A DNA stretch of 64,000 bases from a virus. Every line of letters begins with the position of its first letter. The first letter of the stretch is position 1. Under the pieces are notes generated by a model, which had not been told where the DNA came from, ran no database searches, and worked only from the letters and a program-made list of their open reading frames with translations. A program made the translations under genes and the position numbers. The DNA lies in IMG/VR virus record IMGVR_UViG_3300003878_000001, positions 1 through 64,000 of that record. One strand, written 5' to 3'. Shown here in pieces: positions 52,100-59,236 of this stretch.

Positions 52100-52293
52100 T
52101 CACTTTTGATGATGGAGTAGTAAGAAACGTCTTTTATGGGAAAATCAGGAAATCTACCTTTAGTTAATTGGTTAAAAATAGTAGAATTTCCATATTTGAG
52201 TTTATTATATACCTCATTAGCTTTGTGGTTAGAATCGGTATGACCTAGAACGGTACAGCCACCAGAAATGAAATTAGCAACAAGAATATACAT
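52090..52293 (-). CDS. hypothetical protein (67 aa)
   Basis: 10-nt overlap with the downstream gene. Confidence 0.45.
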   Translation of the reverse strand: MYILVANFISGGCTVLGHTDSNHKANEVYNKLKYGNSTIFNQLTKGRFPDFPIKDVSYYSIIKSECL

Positions 52294-52303
52294 GGTTTAT
52301 TTT

Positions 52304-52597
52304 TTAGGTTTTAGGTTTTACAAGTGGTAGACCAGCAGCTTTACGAAACCCTTCAGCCGCTTCAAAGCGGGAGGTAAAACCCTCACCATTAGTTCCAAAA
52401 TAGTTGTTTTGACCGACAAATCTCCAAACGCCATACGATTCAAATAAGCAAACTTTACCAAACAAACTGATTCGCTTTTTCAACTGGTTTTCCTCTTTCG
52501 TATTTCTATTATAATCAATAACATGAAAAGAATCATCAGTAGATTTACTTATCTTCGGTACAAACCTCATAAGATTGATGTTGAAGACATATTTCAA
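52304..52597 (-). CDS. hypothetical protein (97 aa; TTG start, or ATG at 52570)
   Basis: Minus-strand ORF. The start is uncertain. Confidence 0.4.
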   Translation of the reverse strand: MKYVFNINLMRFVPKISKSTDDSFHVIDYNRNTKEENQLKKRISLFGKVCLFESYGVWRFVGQNNYFGTNGEGFTSRFEAAEGFRKAAGLPLVKPKT

Positions 52598-52763
52598 GTT
52601 TTTTCAGTTCATAGGCATTATCTTGAGCCGTATCAATCAGAAGCATAGCTACTACACCTCCACCAATAAGAGTAACAAAAATTATACCAAGAATAGTAGA
52701 CATCCATTCATCAAAAGAGGTGTTTACATTTGCTACTGGTTCTGCTGTTTCGTTTGTTTCCAT
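52545..52763 (-). CDS. small membrane protein (72 aa)
   Basis: TM segment ILGIIFVTLIGGGVVAMLLI. Confidence 0.45.
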   Translation of the reverse strand: METNETAEPVANVNTSFDEWMSTILGIIFVTLIGGGVVAMLLIDTAQDNAYELKKLEICLQHQSYEVCTEDK

Positions 52764-52810
52764 TTTATTTGTACCACGATATGTGGTAAATTGACCACAA
52801 TGTGTGGTAA

Positions 52811-52883
52811 TGCGGGATGGCAGGATCGAACTGCCCTATGACGACTTATGAGGTCGTTGCTTTCACCAGAAAGCTAATCCCGC
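52811..52883 (-). tRNA. tRNA with CAU anticodon (elongator Met or Ile2-type)
   Basis: Hand fold: GCGGGAT/ATCCCGC, GCTT-TCTGGTGA-AAGC, ACGAC-CTCATAA-GTCGT, GGCAG-TTCGATC-CTGCC. No initiator features and no encoded CCA. Confidence 0.8.
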
Positions 52884-52886
52884 AAA

Positions 52887-52909
52887 TTACGAGTGTAACA
52901 GACTCGTAA
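52887..52909 (-). terminator. 8-bp hairpin between gene 52918-53226 and the tRNA (terminator or processing site)
   Basis: TTACGAGT / ACTCGTAA stem with a 7-nt loop. Only a short T run follows on the minus strand. Confidence 0.35.
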
Positions 52910-52917
52910 CTTTTGTT

Positions 52918-53226
52918 CTATTCTTCTACGGCTTCTACATCGATTATCTCTTCATTTGGATCATAGTCATCCCAACCTTTTGCAATAGTACCAGCGATTA
53001 GAACCGGATGTTTTACTGTTGCCAATTCGACAAGAGAAACAACATAACCTATCCGTTTGATGGCTCCTGTTTCATAGTCCATTTGTTGTAGAGCAAATTG
53101 AGCACCATCTTCAACACGAAAACAGTTCACACCAACATCTAGAGCAACACGTCTAGTAAGTTCTGCTTTGATCTCAATTAGTTTCTTTTGAGCAGCTTGA
53201 TTGAATTTTGGGGTTAATGCGGTCAT
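52918..53226 (-). CDS. hypothetical protein (102 aa)
   Basis: Preceded by repeat copy R6 and an SD AAGGAA. Confidence 0.5.
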   Translation of the reverse strand: MTALTPKFNQAAQKKLIEIKAELTRRVALDVGVNCFRVEDGAQFALQQMDYETGAIKRIGYVVSLVELATVKHPVLIAGTIAKGWDDYDPNEEIIDVEAVEE

Positions 53227-53256
53227 AGTATTCCTTGAATTTTGTTTATTACTACT

Positions 53257-53305
53257 TATAGTTTATTATCACTTTTTTCATTAAATAAACTATAAGTATG
53301 CGATG
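53257..53305. repeat. quasi-palindromic intergenic repeat, copy R6 (GCGA box at right end)
   Basis: TTATAGTTTATTATCA-CTTTTTTCATTAA-ATAAACTATAA-GTATGCGATGA. It equals copy R2 read on the opposite strand. Confidence 0.7.
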
Positions 53306-53320
53306 ATATTTACAATAGGT

Positions 53321-53803
53321 CTAGAAGAGGTCTAAACCTGTAATCGATATTACTGTTTCACCAATTAGATCACAAACCAGTTCAGCTTTAGTTGCAAAAG
53401 TCTTCTCAGGAAGAACTCCATATTCACTAAGATATTTGAATCCTGTATTATATGCGTTAGTATCTGTTGAAACTCTGTAGTCAATAGTCTTCACTTTGGA
53501 TGTGATAATCTGATTATCTGCCAAGTAGTAAACCGTTTGATCAAGAGCAAACTTCGCAACAGGAACTTCGAGACCATTTAGAGTAGGAATAATCTCGTTT
53601 TCAATTCGATATTGATTAGCCAAAATCTTGGCCATAGCATGTTCATTGCAATTTCCTGAAGCTCCATCAGGATTCATACCAAGTTCACTCATTAAAAGCA
53701 AAGTGATTGTCCCTAACGATGCATTCATAGTTTTTAACTCATGTTCATACATGCAATTAAGTTTACTTTCTACATATGCTTTGAACTGTTCAATTGTTGT
53801 CAT
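53321..53803 (-). CDS. hypothetical protein (160 aa)
   Basis: Start taken at ATG 53803. Confidence 0.45.
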   Translation of the reverse strand: MTTIEQFKAYVESKLNCMYEHELKTMNASLGTITLLLMSELGMNPDGASGNCNEHAMAKILANQYRIENEIIPTLNGLEVPVAKFALDQTVYYLADNQIITSKVKTIDYRVSTDTNAYNTGFKYLSEYGVLPEKTFATKAELVCDLIGETVISITGLDLF

Positions 53804-54080
53804 TATTCTTCTGTCCTTCAAGTATTGATTGTAACTTTTCAATGAGATTTCTAATTGTCTGTTCAAGCACCAAATATTGTGCAAGGCTTGACATAGAGTG
53901 ACCTATTGCTATGTCCTCTCTACCTTCAACTTCGTAACCATTACGCTGCATACCTCTACAAACAATAGTACCAAGATCTTTGTCTTGATATCTTACTGTT
54001 CTTTTGGTGATGGCAGACTCATTTGTTTTAATTAGTTCGTATTGAACTGTCTCTCCTAACAGGAGCATTGTTTTTTTCAT
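53790..54080 (-). CDS. hypothetical protein (96 aa)
   Basis: The ATG is adjacent to the upstream stop. Confidence 0.45.
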   Translation of the reverse strand: MKKTMLLLGETVQYELIKTNESAITKRTVRYQDKDLGTIVCRGMQRNGYEVEGREDIAIGHSMSSLAQYLVLEQTIRNLIEKLQSILEGQKNNDNN

Positions 54081-54386
54081 CTAGAATTTTGCCGTCCTAA
54101 ATCTCAGGGTTTGAACTTGCTCGTACAAATCATAAATTAAACTTTGTTGTTCCCGAAATATTCGTTCAGCAATCAACGGTTTTAACTCATTGTGAGCAAC
54201 AGAGTATACATCAATAAGATTAATTGTGTCACCTGTCTCAAGAAAAACAATATTCAGTCCATCAAGTTTTGTAGTAGAAAAAATTTTCCCACGAAACAGA
54301 CTTTCTAGCTCATGAGCTAAGAAAACATTTAGAATTTTTTCATCTTGAGTGAATTTGTATCCTATTCCTGTGTATTTAACAATCAT
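54081..54386 (-). CDS. hypothetical protein (101 aa)
   Basis: Start taken at ATG 54386. The longer track ORF overlaps 54376-54744. Confidence 0.45.
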   Translation of the reverse strand: MIVKYTGIGYKFTQDEKILNVFLAHELESLFRGKIFSTTKLDGLNIVFLETGDTINLIDVYSVAHNELKPLIAERIFREQQSLIYDLYEQVQTLRFRTAKF

Positions 54387-54744
54387 ATTCTCTACACTCT
54401 CTACTACTAGGAAAAGAAAGACAATATGCATCCATATGAGCACCTGAATAAGGAATACTAGGTTCGACAACAGGAAATGACTCTGCAAGCAAACGCTTAC
54501 ACAGTTCTTGTTGAGCAGAAAGTGCAATAGAGGTCATTCCCATTACAGTTTCGTCACTAATTTGTTGAGCCCATTGACGAAGAAGAGCATTATCTTGTAC
54601 TACACAAGTATTACACCACTCGTTATATTCTTCGTGAATTTGAATAAGTTGCTCCGTGGTTGGAGTCTCGCCATTATTTAGCATAGAAATTTGGTTTCTC
54701 TTCTTAGACTCTTTTATTATACTGTATATGTTTGGGACATACAT
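54376..54744 (-). CDS. hypothetical protein (122 aa)
   Basis: Minus-strand ORF downstream of the HNH gene. Confidence 0.45.
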   Translation of the reverse strand: MYVPNIYSIIKESKKRNQISMLNNGETPTTEQLIQIHEEYNEWCNTCVVQDNALLRQWAQQISDETVMGMTSIALSAQQELCKRLLAESFPVVEPSIPYSGAHMDAYCLSFPSSRECREYDC

Positions 54745-54783
54745 CAGTAATATTGCGGTTATATTAATGCCGGATGAGAGATT

Positions 54784-55215
54784 TTATCGTTTTCTATTTC
54801 TAAAGTTATCTGTTGTATAGTGACAATTTGGGCATAGTAACTGTAGATTTTCTCTAACATTATTTCTGTTGTTCCCGTCTATATGGTGTAACTCTAATCC
54901 AATTTTTTGACTAAGCCATTTTGATAATCCACAGTGTTCACACTTATGTTTTCTTTCTTTTATTAGTCTTGCTTTTATAGAAGAGGGTTTTAGTAAATCA
55001 TCAAATTTCTTAAACTCTTTTCCTGCATTATGAGCTTGATGTACCATGTGACTCGTATCCAATTGAAACTTATCTATGTTCCTTTGTAAATTGGAAAAAT
55101 TACCGCCTGCTGTTACAAGACCCATTTTTCTTAAACATTCTGCATAAGTATCAGAACTTGAAACAATAGGCTCAAGTTGTTCTTTAGTCCATCTTGTGTA
55201 TTTCTTGGAAGACAT
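54784..55215 (-). CDS. HNH homing endonuclease
   Basis: CEHCGLSKW...LELHHIDGNNRNNVRENLQLLCPNCH. Paralog of 60902-61423. Confidence 0.85.
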   Translation of the reverse strand: MSSKKYTRWTKEQLEPIVSSSDTYAECLRKMGLVTAGGNFSNLQRNIDKFQLDTSHMVHQAHNAGKEFKKFDDLLKPSSIKARLIKERKHKCEHCGLSKWLSQKIGLELHHIDGNNRNNVRENLQLLCPNCHYTTDNFRNRKR

Positions 55216-55287
55216 GGTGATAAATGATAACGTCTATACCATAAGTAACCGGTAATATAGTCTTATATATGTTATAAGTTTGGTTTA

Positions 55288-55361
55288 TGCCAGTAACAGG
55301 AGTCGAACCTGCACTTGACCGTGCTTAAAACGGTTGCCTCTTCCAATTGGGCTATACTGGC
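55288..55361 (-). tRNA. tRNA-Leu-type (anticodon UAA) with a short variable loop
   Basis: Hand fold: GCCAGTA/TACTGGC, ACCGT-TTTAAGC-ACGGT, 5-nt variable loop CAAGT, GCAGG-TTCGACT-CCTGT, A73. No encoded CCA. Confidence 0.7.
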
Positions 55362-55703
55362 AGATGTCTGTATCTCATTGGCTAGAGCAGACAGACGGCT
55401 GAGGTTTATATATCGGCATCCAGTCCGCTCAATAAGAACTAAACCTAGAGGCTATGCCATCGTTGGTTATCGTGGTTCATACGTTTAATGCTTACCCGAT
55501 TAAATTAGGCACGAGAGAGATTATTCATACATCGTGTTAACTCTTTGAACGATTCAAAGTCACCCTCCGATATTTTGACCTCGGGAACGGGAAACCGGAA
55601 AAGTCACCGGATATAATCTGATTGTTCCTTTCACAGATCATATTTAGCCTCCGATTGGTTGAGGCACCCCTTAGAACAGGTATGGAACAAACCTATTCAA
55701 AGC
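55362..55703 (-). ncRNA. ORF-free, hairpin-dense ~340-nt segment (candidate stable RNA; strand uncertain)
   Basis: No ORF of 60 aa or more in any frame. Visibly richer in G+C than its surroundings. Many local stems (CTTTGAA-CGA-TTCAAAG, GCCTC...GAGGC, CGG-GAAA-CCG, ATATAATCTG...CAGATCATAT). It shares AACCGGAAAAnTCnCCGG with 62345-62595. Confidence 0.3.
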
Positions 55704-55886
55704 TTAGGAGATTAAAGGAACTGTAACGTACCAGTAATCAGGAAACCATGTTTTAGGTCTACGTTGACCCTCGAATTGAGATTCAACCAATTCATCTACA
55801 CGAGTTTTACACTTTTCTTCATCTGTATAAGACTCAAATGGTGCTGAGCCTTCAGAATAGCTCTTTTTCATTATGATATAGATCAT
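55704..55886 (-). CDS. hypothetical protein (60 aa)
   Basis: ATG 55886 with SD AAGGA. Confidence 0.45.
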   Translation of the reverse strand: MIYIIMKKSYSEGSAPFESYTDEEKCKTRVDELVESQFEGQRRPKTWFPDYWYVTVPLIS

Positions 55887-55908
55887 CAATTCCTTTAATT
55901 AGTTGAAG

Positions 55909-55980
55909 AGCCTCCACTCGGAACCGAACCGAGATCTTGGCTTTACAAGAGCCGTATTCTTCCAGTTAAACTATAGAGGC
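55909..55980 (-). tRNA. tRNA-Thr (anticodon UGU)
   Basis: Hand fold: GCCTCTA/TGGAGGC, anticodon loop CTTGTAA, CTCGG-TTCGGTT-CCGAG. No encoded CCA. Confidence 0.7.
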
Positions 55981-55985
55981 AAAAA

Positions 55986-56213
55986 TTAAGCAGCTAAAAC
56001 GGCTTCTTTTAATTGGTCAGGTGTAATTGTTACGGTATCAAATACGGCAATTAAACCGGATTCTGTTGTTTTAATGGTAACATCTTGAGAATGTTCTGAT
56101 CCAGCTTCAAAAACCCCTTGAATCTCTGTGCTGGTGCCGTCAAGAAGATCTACTATGTCTAGTGGACCTGCTGTAATAGAACCAGCATATGTAGCAAAAG
56201 GTAAAGAAATCAT
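55986..56213 (-). CDS. hypothetical protein (75 aa)
   Basis: ATGA overlap with the basic-peptide ORF upstream. Confidence 0.45.
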   Translation of the reverse strand: MISLPFATYAGSITAGPLDIVDLLDGTSTEIQGVFEAGSEHSQDVTIKTTESGLIAVFDTVTITPDQLKEAVLAA

Positions 56214-56338
56214 GTTTTTAACTTTTTCGATAGTGTTTTCATTCTCTTTTTGTACTGACGTAACTTTGCAGATCCGCCACGACCTTTACGATTACGTCCT
56301 TTCTTACGAGGAGATTCATGGCTTTTTAATCGGTTCAT
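56210..56338 (-). CDS. 42-aa highly basic peptide, paralog A (below the ORF-track cutoff)
   Basis: MNRLKSHESPRKKGRNRKGRGGSAKLRQYKKRMKTLSKKLKT. SD GAGGG upstream and an ATGA overlap downstream. About three quarters of residues match 63182-63310 although the DNA has diverged. Confidence 0.6.
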   Translation of the reverse strand: MNRLKSHESPRKKGRNRKGRGGSAKLRQYKKRMKTLSKKLKT

Positions 56339-56388
56339 TGACTTGCCCTCGTTCGATTACTTATATTATAACCAAACTCAAACAAACC

Positions 56389-56598
56389 TCAATCAGTGAA
56401 ATTACTTAATAATGATTTTACAGTGGAGGTTATATGACTTGCCAATTGTTGAGGGTTTCTAGTACCTGATGAACGAGATAGATCAAGATTAGAGTAAGCA
56501 CCTTCTAAAGCTTTACCCAAAAGATAACGCTCTAAATATTGTCTTCGTGTCTCTGTTACTTGAATTAGATTAGTAGTTTCGGGTTGATTGGTTGGCAT
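56389..56598 (-). CDS. hypothetical protein (69 aa)
   Basis: Overlaps the 3' end of the NTase gene by 29 nt. Confidence 0.4.
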   Translation of the reverse strand: MPTNQPETTNLIQVTETRRQYLERYLLGKALEGAYSNLDLSRSSGTRNPQQLASHITSTVKSLLSNFTD

Positions 56599-57376
56599 AG
56601 TATGTCTCTATCATTTCAATGAAAAAATCACTTAATTGTTGCTCTGGTAAAGGCTTAGGAAATACATCAAAATCTAATTCATCCAGAATATTCATCATTC
56701 TTGAACATTCCTCTTGAACATAATCTAATCTAATTTGACCTGCTTTGATTTTTCTAAGAAGTAACTCTTGTTTATACGAAAAACCATTAATGTTAATAAC
56801 TAGATCACGCTTTAAGTAAATGTAGTGCAATTGGTAAAGTAATCGAAGACAATGCATAGCATGTTTAACAGGATAACCGGCATTCTCATCAGCTACTTTA
56901 CGAATTGACGTTTTCACAGGAGAAGGTAAGTCAATTTCAGAACATAGGTTTTGAGTCTTATTGCTTAATCGCTTTAATTGTGCATAAGCATAACCTTTAT
57001 ATGTTTTTATAACATTTCTGTTCAAAAACATAAACCTATTATCAATGAGTTTTTGACCTGTAGGTGTAATGATCTTGTGGTTAGGATTAAAAATAACTTC
57101 AAGAATATTTGGATTAGCTTTGTTCGCTAATTTCAAATATTTTTTCAAATCCCAAACAACAGTATCTTCAGATAGAAATTTAAGTTTTCCATCTTCCTCT
57201 AACCAACCACTATCTTTCTGTTCAAAACCTTCATAACGAACATAATCAGAAAAATATGGACGGATCATAATTCCACGCCAATCATAATCGCTGGAATCGG
57301 TCTCCATGCCATATGAACGACTACCCGCCAAAGCCATCAGAATGATGTTATTTTCAATGGTTTTTCTGTTATACAT
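56570..57376 (-). CDS. Pol-beta-superfamily nucleotidyltransferase, RlaP-like
   Basis: N-terminal LAGSRSYGMETDSSDYDWRG (G-S...D-x-D signature) and a helical C-terminal half. Confidence 0.55.
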   Translation of the reverse strand: MYNRKTIENNIILMALAGSRSYGMETDSSDYDWRGIMIRPYFSDYVRYEGFEQKDSGWLEEDGKLKFLSEDTVVWDLKKYLKLANKANPNILEVIFNPNHKIITPTGQKLIDNRFMFLNRNVIKTYKGYAYAQLKRLSNKTQNLCSEIDLPSPVKTSIRKVADENAGYPVKHAMHCLRLLYQLHYIYLKRDLVININGFSYKQELLLRKIKAGQIRLDYVQEECSRMMNILDELDFDVFPKPLPEQQLSDFFIEMIETYYANQSTRNY

Positions 57377-57379
57377 ATT

Positions 57380-57559
57380 TTATCTGCTTTTCCTGTCTAC
57401 CATTTCTACTACATTAACAGTTCCTGTGCAAAATGTCAAGAGAAAAAGCCCAAATCTAATGGAACCACCACTTTTATCAATATTAGGATCAAGGTGAGGT
57501 AAGAATATGAAACTAATTAGAGATAATACACAAATCAAGTTGTTAAACCAAATCAGCAT
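57380..57559 (-). CDS. small membrane protein (59 aa)
   Basis: ATG 57559 in a TAATG overlap. Hydrophobic N-terminus. Confidence 0.4.
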   Translation of the reverse strand: MLIWFNNLICVLSLISFIFLPHLDPNIDKSGGSIRFGLFLLTFCTGTVNVVEMVDRKSR

Positions 57560-57891
57560 TACCACATTACCTCGATTACATAGCTGCCAGGATGAAGCAT
57601 TTGAAGATTAACCAAATCTTGAATCAATGTGGAAAAATCCCATTGTCCAATATCCATTCTAACTCTCTCACCTGAAGAAGGTTTAACAAGAATCAGATCA
57701 TTGTTGATCGTGTTTAATGTTTCTGTTCTTTCTTCGGGCTTAATCTGATAGTTGACGTTATTGATGTAATAGGAAGTATCATTTGATACAGCATCCAATT
57801 CAACAGGTACATCATAAACCTGTTCTGCAAGGTTAAACAGTTCCCTGTAGGAGATAATGTAAACCAATTCACGTTTCAAGTTGTTTTTCAT
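57559..57891 (-). CDS. hypothetical protein (110 aa)
   Basis: Minus-strand ORF. Confidence 0.45.
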   Translation of the reverse strand: MKNNLKRELVYIISYRELFNLAEQVYDVPVELDAVSNDTSYYINNVNYQIKPEERTETLNTINNDLILVKPSSGERVRMDIGQWDFSTLIQDLVNLQMLHPGSYVIEVMW

Positions 57892-57892
57892 A

Positions 57893-58195
57893 TCAGATAT
57901 CCATGTAGTCCCAACAGTCGGGAGAATGATTGTTCAAAAAGTGTTCAAAAGCTTCAACAGAAGATGCGTAGATCTCTTGTTCAAAATCTCCCATTACAAA
58001 ACCAAAGTCTTCGTGAAAAGCTGCGAATTGGTTTACCCATTCGTAATAATCTTCAACAACTTCACCTTCAATATACCATCCAGAATCATTATGATCTAAA
58101 TAACAAGGTGAAACTGTTGTTGCTCCACCATAAATATTAATCAGTTCGTCATACCCTTGTAAGTCTATTTCAATGAGATTCTTTTGTCGATACAT
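57893..58195 (-). CDS. hypothetical acidic protein (100 aa)
   Basis: Minus-strand ORF just downstream of tRNA-Arg. Confidence 0.45.
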   Translation of the reverse strand: MYRQKNLIEIDLQGYDELINIYGGATTVSPCYLDHNDSGWYIEGEVVEDYYEWVNQFAAFHEDFGFVMGDFEQEIYASSVEAFEHFLNNHSPDCWDYMDI

Positions 58196-58217
58196 TTTCT
58201 GTTTTCTCTTTAGTAAA

Positions 58218-58289
58218 CCGATCTGGTAGGAATCGAACCCACGTATCCAGGGGTAGAAACCCTGAGCTAATCCCCTCAGCTACAGACCG
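58218..58289 (-). tRNA. tRNA-Arg (anticodon UCU)
   Basis: Hand fold: CGGTCTG/CAGATCG, CAGGG-TTTCTAC-CCCTG, GTGGG-TTCGATT-CCTAC. No encoded CCA. Its 5' end overlaps the last 10 nt of ORF 58280-58555. Confidence 0.75.
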
Positions 58290-58555
58290 TAATTTTTATA
58301 GCCGATTTTATCAATGTGTGTATCAAGAATACGGCAAAGCCCTGATATTTGAAAAGGAGACAGTATTGCAACATGTCTTATGTAATTTGGCTGAAGAATA
58401 TGTTTATTCGCCTGTTCAAGTATATCTTGTTCAAACTGTTTCGCATTTTTCAACCAATTACACATGATTTCATCAACTTTTTCTTCTCTTTCACCAAGAA
58501 AGAATCTAGCTAATGTCAGTATTTGTCTTCGGTTTAGCTCTAAACTTATCTGCAT
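58280..58555 (-). CDS. hypothetical protein (91 aa)
   Basis: Minus-strand ORF. Its 3' end runs into tRNA-Arg. Confidence 0.4.
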   Translation of the reverse strand: MQISLELNRRQILTLARFFLGEREEKVDEIMCNWLKNAKQFEQDILEQANKHILQPNYIRHVAILSPFQISGLCRILDTHIDKIGYKNYGL

Positions 58556-58706
58556 CTTTCTTTGAGATTTTAACTGTTTCTCTATTTACCAAAGAGATTA
58601 CCCATTGATCAGCATTAGGGATCTCTGTAATAGTCGTCACATTATCAAAATTGATAAGAGTAGTAATTAGTTTACCACCACCGTGAATTTGTTGAACTTC
58701 GATCAT
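58506..58706 (-). CDS. hypothetical protein (66 aa)
   Basis: ATGA overlap with the upstream ORF. Confidence 0.4.
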   Translation of the reverse strand: MIEVQQIHGGGKLITTLINFDNVTTITEIPNADQWVISLVNRETVKISKKDADKFRAKPKTNTDIS

Positions 58707-58876
58707 GATTCAGAAATTTGTTTTTCAAGTTGTACAACTCTATCTTCTAAACTCTGAATTTTGTTCGCTTGTCTAATGTTGACATCACAAATTGTACTAA
58801 AACTACTTAACAAAAGTCTTACATCTCGTATGTTAGAATTTAGCTTATTAGTTACGTCCGTCATCCATTGATACAT
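58703..58876 (-). CDS. hypothetical coiled-coil protein (57 aa)
   Basis: Start moved to ATG 58876, because the track start at 58960 lies inside tRNA-Trp. Confidence 0.4.
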   Translation of the reverse strand: MYQWMTDVTNKLNSNIRDVRLLLSSFSTICDVNIRQANKIQSLEDRVVQLEKQISES

Positions 58877-58907
58877 AATATCACAAATTCTATTGTTATC
58901 CTGATAT

Positions 58908-58982
58908 TGGCTCGCCTTGTAGGATTTGAACCCACATCGCACGGTTTTGGAGACCGGCATGTTACCATTACACCAAAGACGA
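58908..58982 (-). tRNA. tRNA-Trp (anticodon CCA), CCA end encoded
   Basis: Hand fold: TCGTCTT/AAGGCGA, loop CTCCAAA, GTGGG-TTCAAAT-CCTAC, G73 followed by CCA. Confidence 0.75.
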
Positions 58983-58992
58983 TTAAGAATGT

Positions 58993-59069
58993 TGGTGATG
59001 AGAACAGGATTTGAACCTGTGACCTCTGGCTTATGAGACCAGCGAACTACCAGACTGTTCTATCTCATC
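58993..59069 (-). tRNA. tRNA with CAU anticodon (second copy), CCA end encoded
   Basis: Hand fold: GATGAGA/TCTCATC, GAAC-AGTCTGGTA-GTTC, CTGGT-CTCATAA-GCCAG, ACAGG-TTCAAAT-CCTGT, A73-CCA. Confidence 0.8.
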
Positions 59070-59094
59070 ATAAAAGAGAATACATTTTAACAAT

Positions 59095-59173
59095 TGGTAG
59101 CGAGAGGCAGGAGTCGAACCTGCAATCTCCAGCTTATGAGACTGGCATGGTATATCCGTTCCACTACTCCGCT
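59095..59173 (-). tRNA. tRNA with CAU anticodon (third copy), bulged acceptor stem, CCA end encoded
   Basis: Hand fold: AGCGGAG pairs with CTC(T)CGCT only if one T is bulged. CCAGT-CTCATAA-GCTGG, GCAGG-TTCGACT-CCTGC, A-CCA. Confidence 0.6.
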
Positions 59174-59236
59174 ATGTGATGTATTCTCTTTATGCTCTTA
59201 TTATAACCTCAATCTTATGAGCTTACTACCGTATAT

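Noticed and set aside
54784-55703. Group I intron with an HNH ORF interrupting a tRNA or protein gene, at 54784-55703 and again at 62345-63060.
   Set aside because: The flanking tRNA-Leu folds as a complete gene. The flanking protein genes have their own SD and start codons. The lone tRNA 3' half at 62923-62960 lies upstream rather than downstream of the HNH ORF. No exon continuity could be reconstructed.
56210-56338. Calling the basic peptides ArfA or a ribosomal protein.
   Set aside because: The resemblance is limited to a short RKG(R/K)GGS stretch in a compositionally biased peptide. There is no collinear match to S21, L34, L35, L36 or ArfA that I can defend without a profile search.
58877-58960. 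Longer versions of ORFs 58703-58960 and 63182-63403.
   Set aside because: Their 5' parts are the reverse-strand images of tRNA-Trp and tRNA-Cys. In-frame ATGs with SD sequences exist just downstream of the tRNAs.
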